Assembly (NCBI GenBank): GCA_025594325.1 | Contig: JANHCV010000010.1 | Coordinates: 1,550,001-1,614,000, forward strand | Reading direction: 5' to 3' | Length of the DNA: 64,000 bases | DNA from: Blastocladiella emersonii ATCC 22665 | Taxonomy: Eukaryota > Fungi > Blastocladiomycota | In this document: positions 11,997-25,038 of the stretch, one piece after another | Numbering within the stretch: the first letter of the stretch is position 1 | How the letters are laid out: each line of letters begins with the position of its first letter | Position numbers and translations under genes: made by a program | The notes under the pieces: generated by a model | Databases searched by the model: none | What the model saw: only the letters and a program-made list of their open reading frames with translations | What the model was told of the DNA's origin: nothing

Positions 11997-13322
11997 CTAG
12001 AAGGTGCGGCTGAGCCACTCGAAGACGCCAAAGATGACGGCGCTGGTGGGTGTCGACTTGACGACGGTGACGAGGCACCCGCGGTACAGCCCGCGCATGC
12101 CCTCGGCGCGGTACAGGTTGACGCCGACGCGGACGAACCCTTCGGGCTTCGCGGCCGCGCCCCGGGCCGCCGTCTCGCCGCGCAGCGCACGCAGCTCCTC
12201 CTCGGTCTGCTGCCGCGACTTGATCACGTCGGCCGGGAACAGCACCACGTTGTACGAGATGCCCGCCAGCGCGCCGGCCAGCAGCAGCTCGCCCGTCGTC
12301 AGGTCGGCCTTGGTCAGCGGTTTGTCGGAAGCGGAAGCGGACCGCGCGACCTCGCGCCGCTCAATCAGCTGGCGCACAGCGACCTCGTACACGCCGAACC
12401 ACGCGGCGGACCCGCCCGTCTCGCGCAGCATGGTGCCGAGGTGACCGCGGTAGAAGCCGCGCACGCCGTGCGCGCGCCACGTGCGCCGGATCACGTCGAG
12501 CGGGCCAGAGTACGGCTGCACGGCTGTCGCACCGACCGTGGTCGACGCCGAGGTGGAGGTGAGGAACCCGGCGAGACGCGACTTGACGGACCGCTGGACC
12601 TCGGTCAGCGACGCCAGGTCCGTGGCGCCGAGCAGCGCGGTCGCTGACGCCGAGGCGGGCACCTTCTTGGGCGCCGACGGCTGCGTGAAGTGGCGGCGCT
12701 GGCCGGTCGCGGCGGACTTGACGTCAGCGGCGGCGGCGGGACGCGCAGCAGCGGCGGCAGCGGGCGGCGCCGAGTGGTGGCCCGTGGCCATCTCCTGGAC
12801 CTGCAGCTTGCACTTGACGAGCTCGATGGGCGTCAGGAGGAACGACGCGACGGTGCCGGCGAGGGCGCCCGCGGTGAAGAGCTGCGGCAGCGACAGCTGG
12901 TCCGGGTCGGCCGACGACGTTGAGGAGACCGACGAGTGGCCGCGGATCAGCGTCTGGATGTAGTTGTACGACACGAACAGGGTCGCGTTCTCGAGGACAG
13001 CGCCGACCAGCGGCGACGACAGGCCCTGTTACACGGCAATCGCGGATCAGATACACGTAGCTCCTCTCGTTCGGGGAAGAAAGCGTACCCGGTAAAGCCC
13101 ACGCACGCCCTCGCGCTGGACCGTCTTGCGGAAGCAGTCGACGGGCCCGGCAAACAGCTTGGGCTTGCCGTCGCTCGAGATGGGCTGCGACTGCAGGCGC
13201 ACCTTGACCGTGTCGGCGGGGAACTCGACTACCTTGCCGCACACGCCGGCGATGCTGCCAAAGGCCACGTCGCGCAACGGGGATGCCGCCGGGGAGGAGG
13301 AATCGCCTCCGCCATTCGTCAT
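11997..13322 (-). CDS. ORT1: Mitochondrial carrier (SLC25), ornithine/amino-acid carrier-like
   Basis: Three Px[DE]xx[KR] signatures (FPADTVKVRLQ, TPIELVKCKLQ, FPADVIKSRQQ) and an ENAT substrate-contact motif. One intron near 13030-13090. Confidence 0.75.
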
Positions 13323-14549
13323 ACTGGGGCCGCACTTGCTCCTGCGGCGGTGGACGTGTGGGAGGGCGAGCGAGGGCGCGGGGTCGTGGGAGCACGCGGC
13401 AAGCGGCAGCGGATCGAGGGCGAGAGGGCCCGTCAGCTACGACGTGGTGAGGCGTGAGCGATCAGGCCGCGGATCGCGCGGATCGCGCGTGTTCTGGCGT
13501 CGATGCATACGATGCGCAAGGTGTGCAGGGCGGCGGGAGCGCGGGTGGAAGCGTCCCTGAGCGTGCCTTTGCGCCGAGTGCGATGGCGCGATACACTGCC
13601 GAATTCGTGCAGCGGCCGCGGGGTGTCTCCCTCGGCTCGCTGCACGGTGACTGGCGCCGCACGTGATGCGTCGCTGGGCCCGCAGCTTGCGTTCGCGATG
13701 CCTTCTCGGTTGACGCGGGATATGAGCTGGAATAGTAGCTGAGCATCGCATAGTGACGCCTTGGTTTTTTTGGTTCATTCGTTCGGGGAAGGGAGCATCC
13801 TTGGTGGTCCCGAGGTCGCACCGCTTGTCCCGCCGCGACCCTAGCCCAAACCATACATTTTTTGTGCGTGCAATAGTTCTCGCGTCGCTCTTGTGTCATT
13901 CTACGCGATGCTCGGCTCATTCGCACCATCGGCGCGACGAGGAGGTCGGAGTGTCTCCACCGTCACGTGATACTTTGACGCGTCGCGACGCGTGTCTCGA
14001 GCGCGGCGCCGGGCCGTGGGCTGAGAAGCACGAGGAGGAGCCAGCGGATCAAGTCCATCGCTTGTGCTGCTCATGGGGCGCGACAGGAAGCGAAAACGCA
14101 TGGAGACCGTGTCGCGAGCGCATGAAGTTCACGTTGAACCAGGTTAGCGTCATCAAGTCGACTGTACGTCTCTACGAGCGAGGACATCACCGACCGATGG
14201 CCGGATAGGCGTTCGACTCGCCCGAGAAGCTTCTTTCGCTCGATCAAGGCGGTCGAAGCCTGGTTGGCCTCCCCATCTCGGGTCGAGAGTCAAACTCAGG
14301 TCAGCAGGCGGTGACTGGATGTCAGCGACGCGAGGACATCACCCACAGTCGAAGACTCCACCAGCGAGCGTCGCGGGTCGCATGGAACGGGATCAGGTGT
14401 CGCGGATGAGGGGGCCGACAGCCGCCGGACAGCTCACACGATTGATATCGCAGCTCACCGAGCAACAGGTCCGCGGGCACGTTTCTCAGTTCGATACATT
14501 GGATCCATGTACACTCGGCGCAATCGCCCACCGCGAGCGACGCACGCGC

Positions 14550-14994
14550 CTAGGCCTTGCTGCCGGTGCTCTCGGCCGCAGCCGCTGCCGCCGGTGTTGG
14601 GTCGGTCGACTCGATGATGGCGCGGGCAGCGGCCGAGGGCTGGGCCTGGCTCATCTGGTCGAGGTGCTCGAGGCGCTTCTTCTGGTACGCGTCGCCGTAA
14701 AAGTACATGCCGTACAGCGCCGCGAACAGCGTGAAGCCCTGGCCGGCGATGCGCCACCGCATCATGTTCTGCGACGTCTTCTGGTCGCCCGCGCGGAACG
14801 CGCCGATGCCCTTGAGCATCGCGAACACGGTGAAGCCGAGGCCTAGACGGGTGGGGTAGGAGGGGAGGGTCAGGGTGCCGTCGCAGCGGGGGCCGGTGGC
14901 CGAGCGAGGCGACGGTACCGAGAGGCACAAGCGGCTCCTCCATGGCCTTGCGCTTCACCTTCTGCGTGAAGCTCTCGGGGGCGTAGTACGGCAT
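14550..14994 (-). CDS. RCF1: HIG1-domain respiratory supercomplex factor
   Basis: ESFTQKVKRKAMEEPLVPLG, then an intron, then GDQKTSQNMMRWRIAGQGFT, the HIG1 signature. Confidence 0.85.
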
Positions 14995-15325
14995 GCTACG
15001 CGAGTAATCGAGGGCGATCGGGTCGTGGACGTTAGGACGGCCTGTCCCGAGCGAAGGGTGCGGCGCGCGCGCCAATCCATGAGAGTTGCATGCCTGGGAG
15101 GTTCGTTGCGTGGGGTCCGTTGCAAACGAGGGAGAGAGGGCGTCAACAACGCGTCGGCGGCATCAGCCGATGGGCCGACCCGATCGGCGCGCGCGTGTGG
15201 GCACTGCCCGGCGACGGGTCACGCGCCGCCACGTTGCCTGAACCCGCACCTGCACTGTGGCGCACTCCGCCGTGAACACCACGCTCCTCTCTTCGTACCC
15301 GTCGACGGTGACGGATCACACAACC

Positions 15326-16633
15326 ATGGAGCAAAAGACTGAAATGAACACGGCCGCCGCGCCGGCGCCGATCGCGGACGCGCCCGCCGCTGACGCCGCC
15401 GCCCCCGTCAACAAGAAGAAGACCGACTCGAGCGTCATTGACGTGCGGCACCAGCGCGACCGGCCGTTCGGCGGCCGCCCGCTGACCAACGAGGAGGATG
15501 TGTTCAAGCACAACTCGTGGGACCACGTCGAGATGACCGAGGACGACAAGGCGGCCGCGCTCAAGCGCATCGCCGAGCACGCCGCCCACCGCGTCGACGA
15601 GTCGCTGCGCGACGAGCTCATCGACCACGCCAACGAGCAGTGGGACCGTTTCTACGACGCCAACCAGTCCAAGTTCTTCAAGGACCGCCTCTGGCTCGCC
15701 GTCGAGTTCCCCGAAATCTTCAACGCCCCCGCCGGCACTGAGCTGCGCGAGGAGCCCTACACTATCATGGAGGTCGGGTGCGGCGCCGGGAACACCGTGT
15801 ACCCCGTGCTCCGCGAGTGGAAGCGCCGCGCCGCTGTCCCTGCCGTGGCTGCTGCGGAGGGCGCTGCACCTGCCGAGTCTGCTGAGACCGCCGAGGCACC
15901 AGCTGCCGCTCCCGTCCAGCCCGCCACCGACCCCAAGGTGTTCATCCACGCGTGCGACTACTCTTCCTCCGCCGTCAACCTGGTCAAGGTACGCTGGGCC
16001 TCGCTGTGCCATACCCTACACCCCGCTCACACTCCGTCCCCACGTAGACCAACGACGAGTTTGACTCGAAATACGTCAACGCCTTTGTCTACGACCTGAC
16101 GTCCGACGAGCTGCCGCCTTCGGTCCAGCCGGGCTCCGTCGACGTGCTCGTCCTCATCTTTGTCTTCTCGGCGCTCCCGCCCGCCAAGCAGAAGCAGGCC
16201 ATGACCAACGTCTACAAGGTACGCTCAGGTGTACCCCTCCTCGCTTTAGCCCAGCGACTGACCCGCGACTCCGCTCCCGTCTAGCTCCTGCGCCCCGGCG
16301 GCCTCGTCGTGTTCCGCGACTACGCCCACATGGACCTCGCCCAGGTCCGCATGAAGAACGGCCGGCAAATCGACGACAACTTTTACATGCGCGGCGACAA
16401 GACCCTCGTCTACTTTTTCACCACCGACGAGGTCCGCGAGCTCGTCGAGAGCGTCGGTCTGACGTACGTCCGCTGGTCTCTGAGTCTGAGCCGAACTACC
16501 GCTAACTTGTCTCGCTCCCACCAACAGCGTCGAGCAGCTCGGCCTCGACCACCGCCTGCTCGTCAACCGCGGCAAGCAGCTGCGCATGAACCGGCTGTGG
16601 CTGCAGTGCAAGTTCCGCAAGCCGCTCGAGTAG
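15326..16633 (+). CDS. TRM140: tRNA m3C methyltransferase (Trm140/METTL2/6 family)
   Basis: Motifs [45 protein letters not shown] and NRLWLQCKF. Three short introns. Confidence 0.9.
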
Positions 16634-16690
16634 CGACGCGTTCTGCAAAATACATATACATTGTAGCTAGCCGACCTCCGCCGCTGTCGC

Positions 16691-19600
16691 CTACTTGCGC
16701 CGCAGCGCAGCAATCAGCTCGTCCACGGCCGCTGCCGTGGCCCCGTCGCGCGCCATGCGCCGCAGCTCGACCAGCTTGGGCATATCGCCGAGCTGGCTCG
16801 CGACCTGCGCCGCCTCGGTGATGGCGCCGATCGCCTCGTACTGCTCGACGCGCAGCTTGATGTCGCACTTTTGGCTACACACGACGGCCTCGTGTCAGTC
16901 AGTCGCCGCCCAACCCCACCTCGCCCTCGCACACGATGTCGTACATGTACTTCTTCGCCTCCTCGCTCACACCCGCAGCAACACACGCGCGGACAAACGG
17001 GAGGTGCCCGATCGCGGGGCGGCGCGACGCGGCGGCAAACTTCTCGAGCTCGGGCCAGTCGCGCGCCGCCGCGAGGCCGCGGACGACGGTCCACGCCCAC
17101 CGCTTCTCGGAAACGCCAGCCGCGATGCGGGTGCGCAGCTTGGCGGCCTCGTCCATGTGGCCCGTGCGGATCAGCTGGACCAGCGTCGCGTCGAGCGACA
17201 GGGACTCGTAGGGCTGGATTCCGAGCGCAGGGTTGGCCGGGAACCGCGTCGCCAGCTGCGCCTGCTGGTGCAGCAGGTCCACCTGCGACTCGACCATGCG
17301 CTGCTGCGCCGCGGCACGCTTGGTTCGCGCGAACGCCGCCGTGGCTTCGCGGAGCAGCGCGAGCTTCTCCTCGGTCGTCTACGTGTTGTGGGCAGGAGTC
17401 AGCGTGAGGCAGATGAGCACGCGTGGTGAGCGGAGACGTACTTCGGCAGTCTCAACGTCCTCGAGGATGAGGTTCCCCATCTCGACGTGGCGGTCCTCGA
17501 GAAAGTAAAAGTCGCGCAGGAGCGTGCGGTCGTTCTCGCGCGCGTACTGCTCGAGATACGGCAGCGCGCCGGGGCAGTCGTGCACCGCGCGCAGGAAGTC
17601 GGTCAGCTTGAGCGACTTGCGCAGGTAGATGAGCACGAGGTAGACTACACTCAGGGGACGGAGAGGTCAGCAACTTGATGAGCTGGCTCGGCAGCAAGAT
17701 CGTACCGAGATCCTTGTCAAACGTCGAGATCGCCTTGGCGAGCGCGAGCTGCGGCTGCTGCATCTCGAGGAGCAGCGGCACCTTCTTGGCGACCTGGGTC
17801 TCAAAGTCCACGAGCCGCGTGGCCACGGCAACATGCCCAGCTGCGTGCGCCGCGACCGCGAGGTCCGAGAAGTCGAGCGCGGCCATGGCCCCGTCGCTCC
17901 CGCCCGCCGACACACGCAGCCGGTCCACAATCGTCCCGACGAGCAGGTCCACGTCAAAGTCGCGCGCATGCGCGATCTTGAGCTTGGTCCAGTCCGTGAC
18001 GACGGCGGCGCGCGCGCGGTCAAGCTCGAGGAACTCGGCGATCCGGAACGCGAGCAGGTGCTTGCGCGCGGCCACCAGGAGCCGCACCATGCCCGCGTCA
18101 CCGATCGCGTCCAGCGCCTTGTCGGACACAGGGAACCCGGCGGCCCGCAGCGCGTTGAGGACGCGGAGCCGCGACCCGGTGCGCACGAGCGCGTCGCGGA
18201 TCGTGATGATGACCGAGGCCGTAGCGGCAGCGTCAACAGACGCACGGCGCGGTGGGGACGATGCCGGGGTGCCTGCTACGGCAGCGGGCTCAGACGCGAC
18301 CCACGCGCGGCCAAACTGGACCGCCGTCAGGAGCGAGCGCTGGACCTTGGGCTCCCACGCCTGCATGGCGGCCTCGAGGCACGTGGTGAGCGCGCCGCGC
18401 AGCTGGGCCGTCCGCAGGAGCTCCTCGAGCAGGTCGACCGACTGCGCCGACTTGCGGTTGTAGTGGTCAACCGCGTCCATGAGCACGGCGCCCGGGTGCG
18501 TTGAGCCGATCTTGAAGATGTTCTGCGTCGCGTCTACGGGGAGCTGATCGGGTCAGTGCACCCGTCAAGGCGCTAGGATGAGAGAGCGTACAGGGGACGA
18601 TGGAGAAGAGCGTCACGTCCGTCGAGGTGATCTGGAAGCACGACTCGAGTGCAGGGCTCAGAGTCACAGGCTCAAAGAGGTCGATACTACAACGAAAGTT
18701 GGGTTAGCTTCACGGCTCCTGCTCAGCAGCTGTGCGAGGTAATCGTACACGTAGTGCTCGCCCGAGATGTGGAAGAAGACGAGTGCCTCCGAAAAGGACA
18801 CGAGAACGGCCTCCTCGCCACACCTACATGGACAGGGCGTCAGGAATCAGACCACGAAGTCCAAACTCGTATTCGGTTCGGAAAAAACGAACCAGACGAG
18901 ATCAAAGTCGTTGAGGTCGCAGTCGACCACGGTCTGGAGGTCGAGCGAGCCCGTGACGTGCATGGACGACGCGAGCCGGAGCTCGAGCTTGAACCCGTTG
19001 GTCACCGAGGCCCAGAAGTTGGCGTTGGGCGAGACGCGGATGCGCTGCAGCGGCGGAAACTCCTACAATACGGTGAAAGGGTGGATCAGCGGTAGACACG
19101 CCAGTTTTCGAACAAGTCAACGTACGAGCTCCTGGTAGTCCATTTCACTGACCATCTTAACCGAGTTGAGCGTTTGCGCGACGAGCTCGACGGACCCCGA
19201 TGTGGTGTTGGCCTCGGGCGTGTAGCTCCAGCAGTTGGGCAGTGCAGCAAACTCTACACACACAAGAGAGGTGAGCGGTGATGTTGGAACGGTGGGGATG
19301 GCGGGAACCGTACTGAAATGGCGGTAGACACGCGGGACCTGGTCGCGCCAGGATCGGACCACGACAAACTGGCCGGCCTTGGTCAGCACCGCGAGTCCAC
19401 TTGGCCAGATCTCGGCCGAGTGGATACCGCTGTCCTTGACCTCCTACACTCACCCGGCGACAAACGGTTGGACGGTTCCTTGCTAGCGCCTTACGATTGA
19501 CGAGTACCTCGCCGAGGGAGAACACGGCCGGGTCGCCGTACAGCGGGTACAGCCGAACGGTCGCGTCGTTGAGCAGCACGACGAGCCGCTCGTCGTCGGT

Positions 19601-19951
19601 CCACCCGAGCTTGATGATCGAAGCGTGCTCACGGTCCCACGGTTGTGCGCGGACGAGCTCGCCTTTGGCCGAGTGGATAGCGAGGGGGACCGACATGGTG
19701 GTGGCGCCAACGGCAAAGTGCGGCTTGGCCTCGTTGCGCGCGGTGCCTGGACGTAGGACCACGGATTAGCGCGCCGTGACGGAGATCCAGCGAAAATGAA
19801 CGGATCACCAACCAACGAACGAGCCCGTCGTGGACACGGCAACATGCAAGTGGTCGAAATGCGTCAGGTCCCAGTCAAGCTCATAGAGGCGGCGCTGGCA
19901 CAGCACGCTGTCGCCGAGCGGGATCCAGCCTTCACGAGCGGCAGCCGTCAT
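16691..19951 (-). CDS. VPS16: HOPS/CORVET subunit Vps16
   Basis: Multi-exon gene. Motifs IKLGWTDDERLVVLL, PGAVLMDA, RLRVLNALR, KKVPLLLEM, LRDFYFLEDR and KRWAWTVVRGLAAARDWPELEKFA. Confidence 0.92.
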
Positions 19952-20399
19952 GTTGCAGGATGTGTTGCGAGTAGTTGCGGTGCTCAGAGATACATGAAAG
20001 TCAGGCGGAGGGAGAGCGGGGGACACGAACCCAACGCCGCTCAAGGCTGATCGACGCGACAGCTCTGAATGGACCTGCCACTCGAATCGCGGACGTGTCG
20101 GATGTGGCGCAACGCGTCCTTCGCTCTCGACCTCGAGTGGTTGGCAGCCTCGCGGGTTGTCAGCGACCGGACGTCCCGTCAGGGGCAGCTCTGAAACGGC
20201 TTCGGACGCACATGGCGGCGGTAACGCCGCGGCCGGAGATTGAGCTGCACAAGTAGAGCGCGTCCATGACGGCTGCGAAGTGTATGTACGACAAGACAGA
20301 TGATGATATGATCTCAGAGCGCAGGATGCTTCCCGAGGATGGTATGGTCGATCGCGACGGCCTTGGCAATGAGGAGCGCAAAGCCGGACTTGCAGACAC

Positions 20400-23300
20400 C
20401 GCCCTAGTGCTTGGTTCACGAGGGACGTGCGGCGAGTTGAGGAGGCAATGAAGAGCTTGATAACGAAGAGGAGCTTGATGACGGGGAGGAGCTTGACGTC
20501 TTGATGCTTGATGGTAGACGAGGAACTTGAGGGCGAGCGTGACGTGGCCGGCACCTGGAACTCGCGGGACTTGAGCACGTTGAGAACCGACGACGACCTG
20601 GGCGGGCACGACTTGTTGATGCGCCAAACTTGGTGTATCTACACAGCACACGGGTGTCAGTTGAAGGATGGGTCACGGAAAGGCCAGGTCAGGACGCGCA
20701 TACCTTGGTTGAGGCGCGATGGCCGCGTGCGCCGGGTCTCGGACTTGACGCTGATCCGTGAACTTGTTGCTGGCGGCGACCTGGCGCGGAGAGCTTGGGA
20801 ACCTGTCGGCGCAAGCGAGTGTGAGTTGCCTTGCCCGAGCGCGACGACAACAGCGGGTCGAGTGAAGCGTACCTAATTGTTGACCGTGAGCTGCGCGGCC
20901 GGCCATAGCTCATGCCCGCCGCCGCTGCCGAGCCCGGCTCGTGGCGCGGGACCGCGCGACCAGTCGCTCGACACCCGACGCTATGAATATAGCTCGCCGA
21001 TATTCCCGACACGTGCCAGGAGGGCAGTGCGTACTCTGAAGGCGTGTCGGGCATGCACGTCGAGCGAGTGTGGCCGCGATCCCGATCCCGATCCCGTACC
21101 GCGAGACGATCGTGAAGAGCTGGATGGATGGTGGTGCGGATGGCGCGGATGATCATGATGTCCTCGGAGAATCTACACTACACGGATCAGCGAGCGTGAG
21201 TTGCCGGATCACGACGACGGCCGCGAGACGGGAGAAACGTACCTTGTTGTTGACCGTGGCCGAGGACTCGACCGTGACGATGAATTGCTCGCAGTGTGGG
21301 ATCGCGACCACAGCCACCCGCTCGACGCCTTGACGCGCTATGATGTTGATATAGCGTGCTAGCGAGCTAGCGAGGTTGTCGACCTTCCGACACGCGCCAG
21401 GACGGCTGTGCGTACTTTGACGACGGGTCCGGCACGAGTCAAGCGAGTGGCCAAAGTCGCGATCCCACACCGCGAGCTGATCGTGAAGAGCTGGAGGGTG
21501 GTGCGCATGGCGCGGATGATGTTCTCGATAATCTACACGGAGCAACGAGTGTGAGTTACCCGATTGCGACAACAGCGGGTCGAGGAAAGCGTACCTTGCT
21601 GCCGTGGTCGTGGCCGTAGCCGAGTACTGGACCGTGGCCGTGAGCTGCTGCTTGCTCGCCGCCGCCGCCGCGCCCCGTCTCCCGATGCAGGACGTCACCG
21701 CCGCGGCCAGTCGCTAAACGCCTTGACGCTATGATATAGCTCGCCGACCTTCCAGCACGTGCCGCGAGGGCAGTGGGTACTTTGACGGCGTGTCAAGGCA
21801 GCAGGTCGAGCGAGTGTGGCCGCGGTCCGCGGTCCGCGGTCCTGGGGTGCGCGTCGCGTCCACGCGTCGCGCGACGACTCGAGAGCGAGAGCGAGCGGAG
21901 CGATGGCTGGCTGGCGCGTGCGGATGAAGATGAAGACGATGAGGATGAGGCTGAGGATGAGGATGTTATCGAGAATTTTGATCTTGAGAATCTACACGAC
22001 ACGGATCAGCGAGTGTGAGTTGCCTTGCCCGACCGCAGAAACTGCAAGTCAGGAAGCGCGTACCTTGTCGTTGTCCGTGGCCAGGAAGTCGACCACCACC
22101 GCCACGCGCCCGCCGAGCCCGTCTCGTGGTGCGGAACCGCGAGACCAATCGCTCGACGCCCGACGCTATGAATATAGCTCGCCGCCCTCCCAACACGTGC
22201 CAGGAGGGCAGAGCGAACTCTGATGGCATGTCGGGTTGCGCGCTGGCCGCGGATCCCGCACCACGACACGCGTGCGCGACTCGAGCGAGCTGGATGGCGC
22301 AGATGATCATGTTCTCGAGCATCTACACGGATCAGCGAGTGTGAGTTGTCCGATGACATGGGTTTCGAGCACGAGGAACGAGTACCTTGATGAATTGGTC
22401 ACCATGGCCATGAACGCCGCCGACTCGACCAATGGCCCCCGCGCGGCCCCCGCAGCACGACGCGGACGCGGATGCGCGCCGGCCACGACCACGACCACGA
22501 CCACGGCCGGCCGGCCGGCCGCCACTTGCCGGGTGACGGCGCCGAGCTGGCGCGCGCGGAGAAGCTAGCTACACGGATCAGCGGGTGAGTTTCGGCTCAT
22601 CACGGTGTCACCGAGCACGAGGGAATGCGTACCTCGATGACCTGGAACGGATGGCCATGGACGACACGCGGCGGGCACTTGACGATACGTGCAGCGAGAG
22701 CTCACCACGTCGGCAGAGACGCGCCACGGGACACGGGGACGAGCAGCTGCGTGTAGAAGACCGGGGAACTGTTGAACTACGCATGCTTGAGCTACGTGCA
22801 CAGGATGGTGTCAGTTGCCAGATCACGACGACGCGAAGTCAGAACGCGGTACCTCGATGTGCCGTGGCCATGTCTGAATCCCACTCGCCGCGTCGCAGCT
22901 CGCGACGAGAACTTGACACGAACCAGGTGACGCGCCGCGACAGCTCGCGACCCGATGCCGTGGCGGTAGCGACTTGACCGAGAACGCGGACTTTGGGAGC
23001 GCGCGTGGCACGTGCGAGGAGCAGCACGAGTGCGCGTAGAACTTCAGGATGACGACGGCGATCAGCTTGATGATGATGGCGTCGAGCGGTCGTGGAAGTG
23101 GTAGTTGAGCACCGGACCGACCCAGCTACACGCGATGGGAATCGAGCGGGTGAGCAGTGGGTTGGATCCGAGTCGCCGCAATCTCGCCGCCGTACCTACT
23201 GTTGAGGCGCACACCCGGCCGAGGTTGATCGAGATCACACATGAGCGCGGCGGCGCAGCGAACGGGTGCACACAGGCAGCAAAACGGGGGCGACGGTTGT

Positions 23301-23600
23301 GGACGACAAGTCGCTATGGAGAGCAGTCAATACCGCCCCCAGCCACCAGTACGCGTACACCGCCCCTCGCCTCCAGGAACTAGGGCCAGGCGGCATACTA
23401 GGCCCGCTCCCGATGCACACGTACGCCACGCCGCACCGCACACACGAGGACCGACCGCGACTGCTGCTTCTGGTTGTTGTGACGCGCTCGAGCTGGCCGA
23501 CTGCGTGCCGACGACGATCGAGATGTTGAACCCGAACAGTACGCCCTCGATGAACTTGAGCAGCTCGATGATGATGGCCATGACGACAGCGTGTTGAGGT
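20400..23600 (-). other. Tandem exon+intron array with no continuous ORF (decayed repeat gene or spliced lncRNA)
   Basis: Nine canonical minus-strand introns of 61-72 nt: 20639-20703, 20803-20872, 21173-21242, 21533-21594, 21992-22063, 22323-22385, 22569-22632, 22792-22852, 23126-23195. Several share ...GGCAACTCAC(A/G)CTCGCTGATCCGTGTAG. Four intervening exons (259, 397, 290, 300 nt) are mutually homologous but out of phase, with at least one in-frame stop. Confidence 0.7.
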
Positions 23601-25038
23601 TGAGGCCGAGATGGCGCGCAACGACAGCTTGAACCGGATGGCTAGCGCGCCTTGCTGATGCCCGTTGAGCGCCGCTCCGATCGGCCTACACGACGGAGAT
23701 CATGAGGTCAGAGCGGGATCATCCCCACGTTTCGGCCGTAACGTAGTCGTACCCGAAGCCTTAGCGCACTGCCGAGCTCGACGTAGCCGTACTTGATGCT
23801 GACTCGATCAGGCCGAGCCGAGTCGCGCGCGTGCCCGTGGCGCGACGCGCGAGCCGGTCGTTGATGAGGCAGCTGCACGAGCTCGAACTTGAGGAGGTTC
23901 GTGACCTTGTGGATGGACGCCCCCAAAGAATCTACACATGCAATGCGCGAGCTGCTCGTCCACGAGGTCCCCGAGTCAAGAGATGACGGACCTCGGTGCG
24001 CTGCGCCGCGCCGCGATGGCCGGGTCAGACTTGCCGCGCGGCACGACACGAGCTCGGCCACGTGGCGCGACGCGTCCTTGACGAGCAGCTGAGGGTGCTG
24101 CGGCGACGACTTATGGTACGTGTTGCTGGTACGGGACGAAACCCGATCGACACGTCCTCGAAGATGTTGAGGTGCTTGGACGGCCGAGACCGGGACGCCT
24201 TGAGCGTTAGTGCGGGGCGCGCTGGTTGTCCGGCGCGGCTTCGTTGTACCTGCTCCGACGGTGCGCCTGCGATACAGACTCGCAGCGCGTGGAGCCCGAC
24301 ACGACGCGTGAGGTGGGCGGCCGAGGCCTTGCTCGTCACGCCGCAAGCGGCAGCAACGGCGAGTTTGTCCACGGCGCCGTGGGCGTGTCGTAGTAGCCGA
24401 GGGTGCCGAGGCCAATGGTGTTTGATGTCATGGACAGGGAAGGCGAACACTCGACGCGCGGTGGTGAGGGAGAGAGGTTGACGCGTCGAGTGCGGAGCAG
24501 GTTTGAGGAGAGCGAGGCCACGCCGATGCTCGGCTTGCCGCGCGACACGCCATTCACCGCTCTCGCTCACGGTGATTAGCGTTCCGGCGAAACGGAGGGG
24601 GACGCGCCGAAGGGAGACGCGTTCTAAATCATGTGACTTTCACGTGCGCCGAATGAGAGACATTTTTGTGAACACGCGTTTTGGAGACAGCTGGAGACAG
24701 TTTTTTGAACCACCGTGCTTCAGCTCTTGACTGCGCGCACACCAGGCCAACAAGTCTCGCCGGCGAGCGGAGCCTGCCCTGCTTTCGTGAACAGAGAGAC
24801 GACAGAGTGGCCGCATGCTCCGTTAGCGCATGATAGAAGGGGACCTCGTCCCTCGCACGGTGATCGACGTCGCGACAAGTACCGAGTGAGGACGGGCTCA
24901 AGCAGACGACGAGCGGGAGACGATGGACAAACAGTTTAGACGAGATCTTGTGTATTCCAGCAAGCACGCCTGACACGATACCGAAGCGCCGCGCCACGGC
25001 CGAAACGGGGGGAGGGACGGACGGGGTGCAGAGCGGGT

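Noticed and set aside
14208-14222. GGCG-TTCGACT-CGCC, like a tRNA T-arm
   Set aside because: No acceptor stem, D-arm or anticodon arm can be built around it.
20639-23195. Similar introns as introner-like mobile elements
   Set aside because: The flanking exons are homologous too, so tandem duplication of exon+intron units explains the similarity without independent intron insertion.
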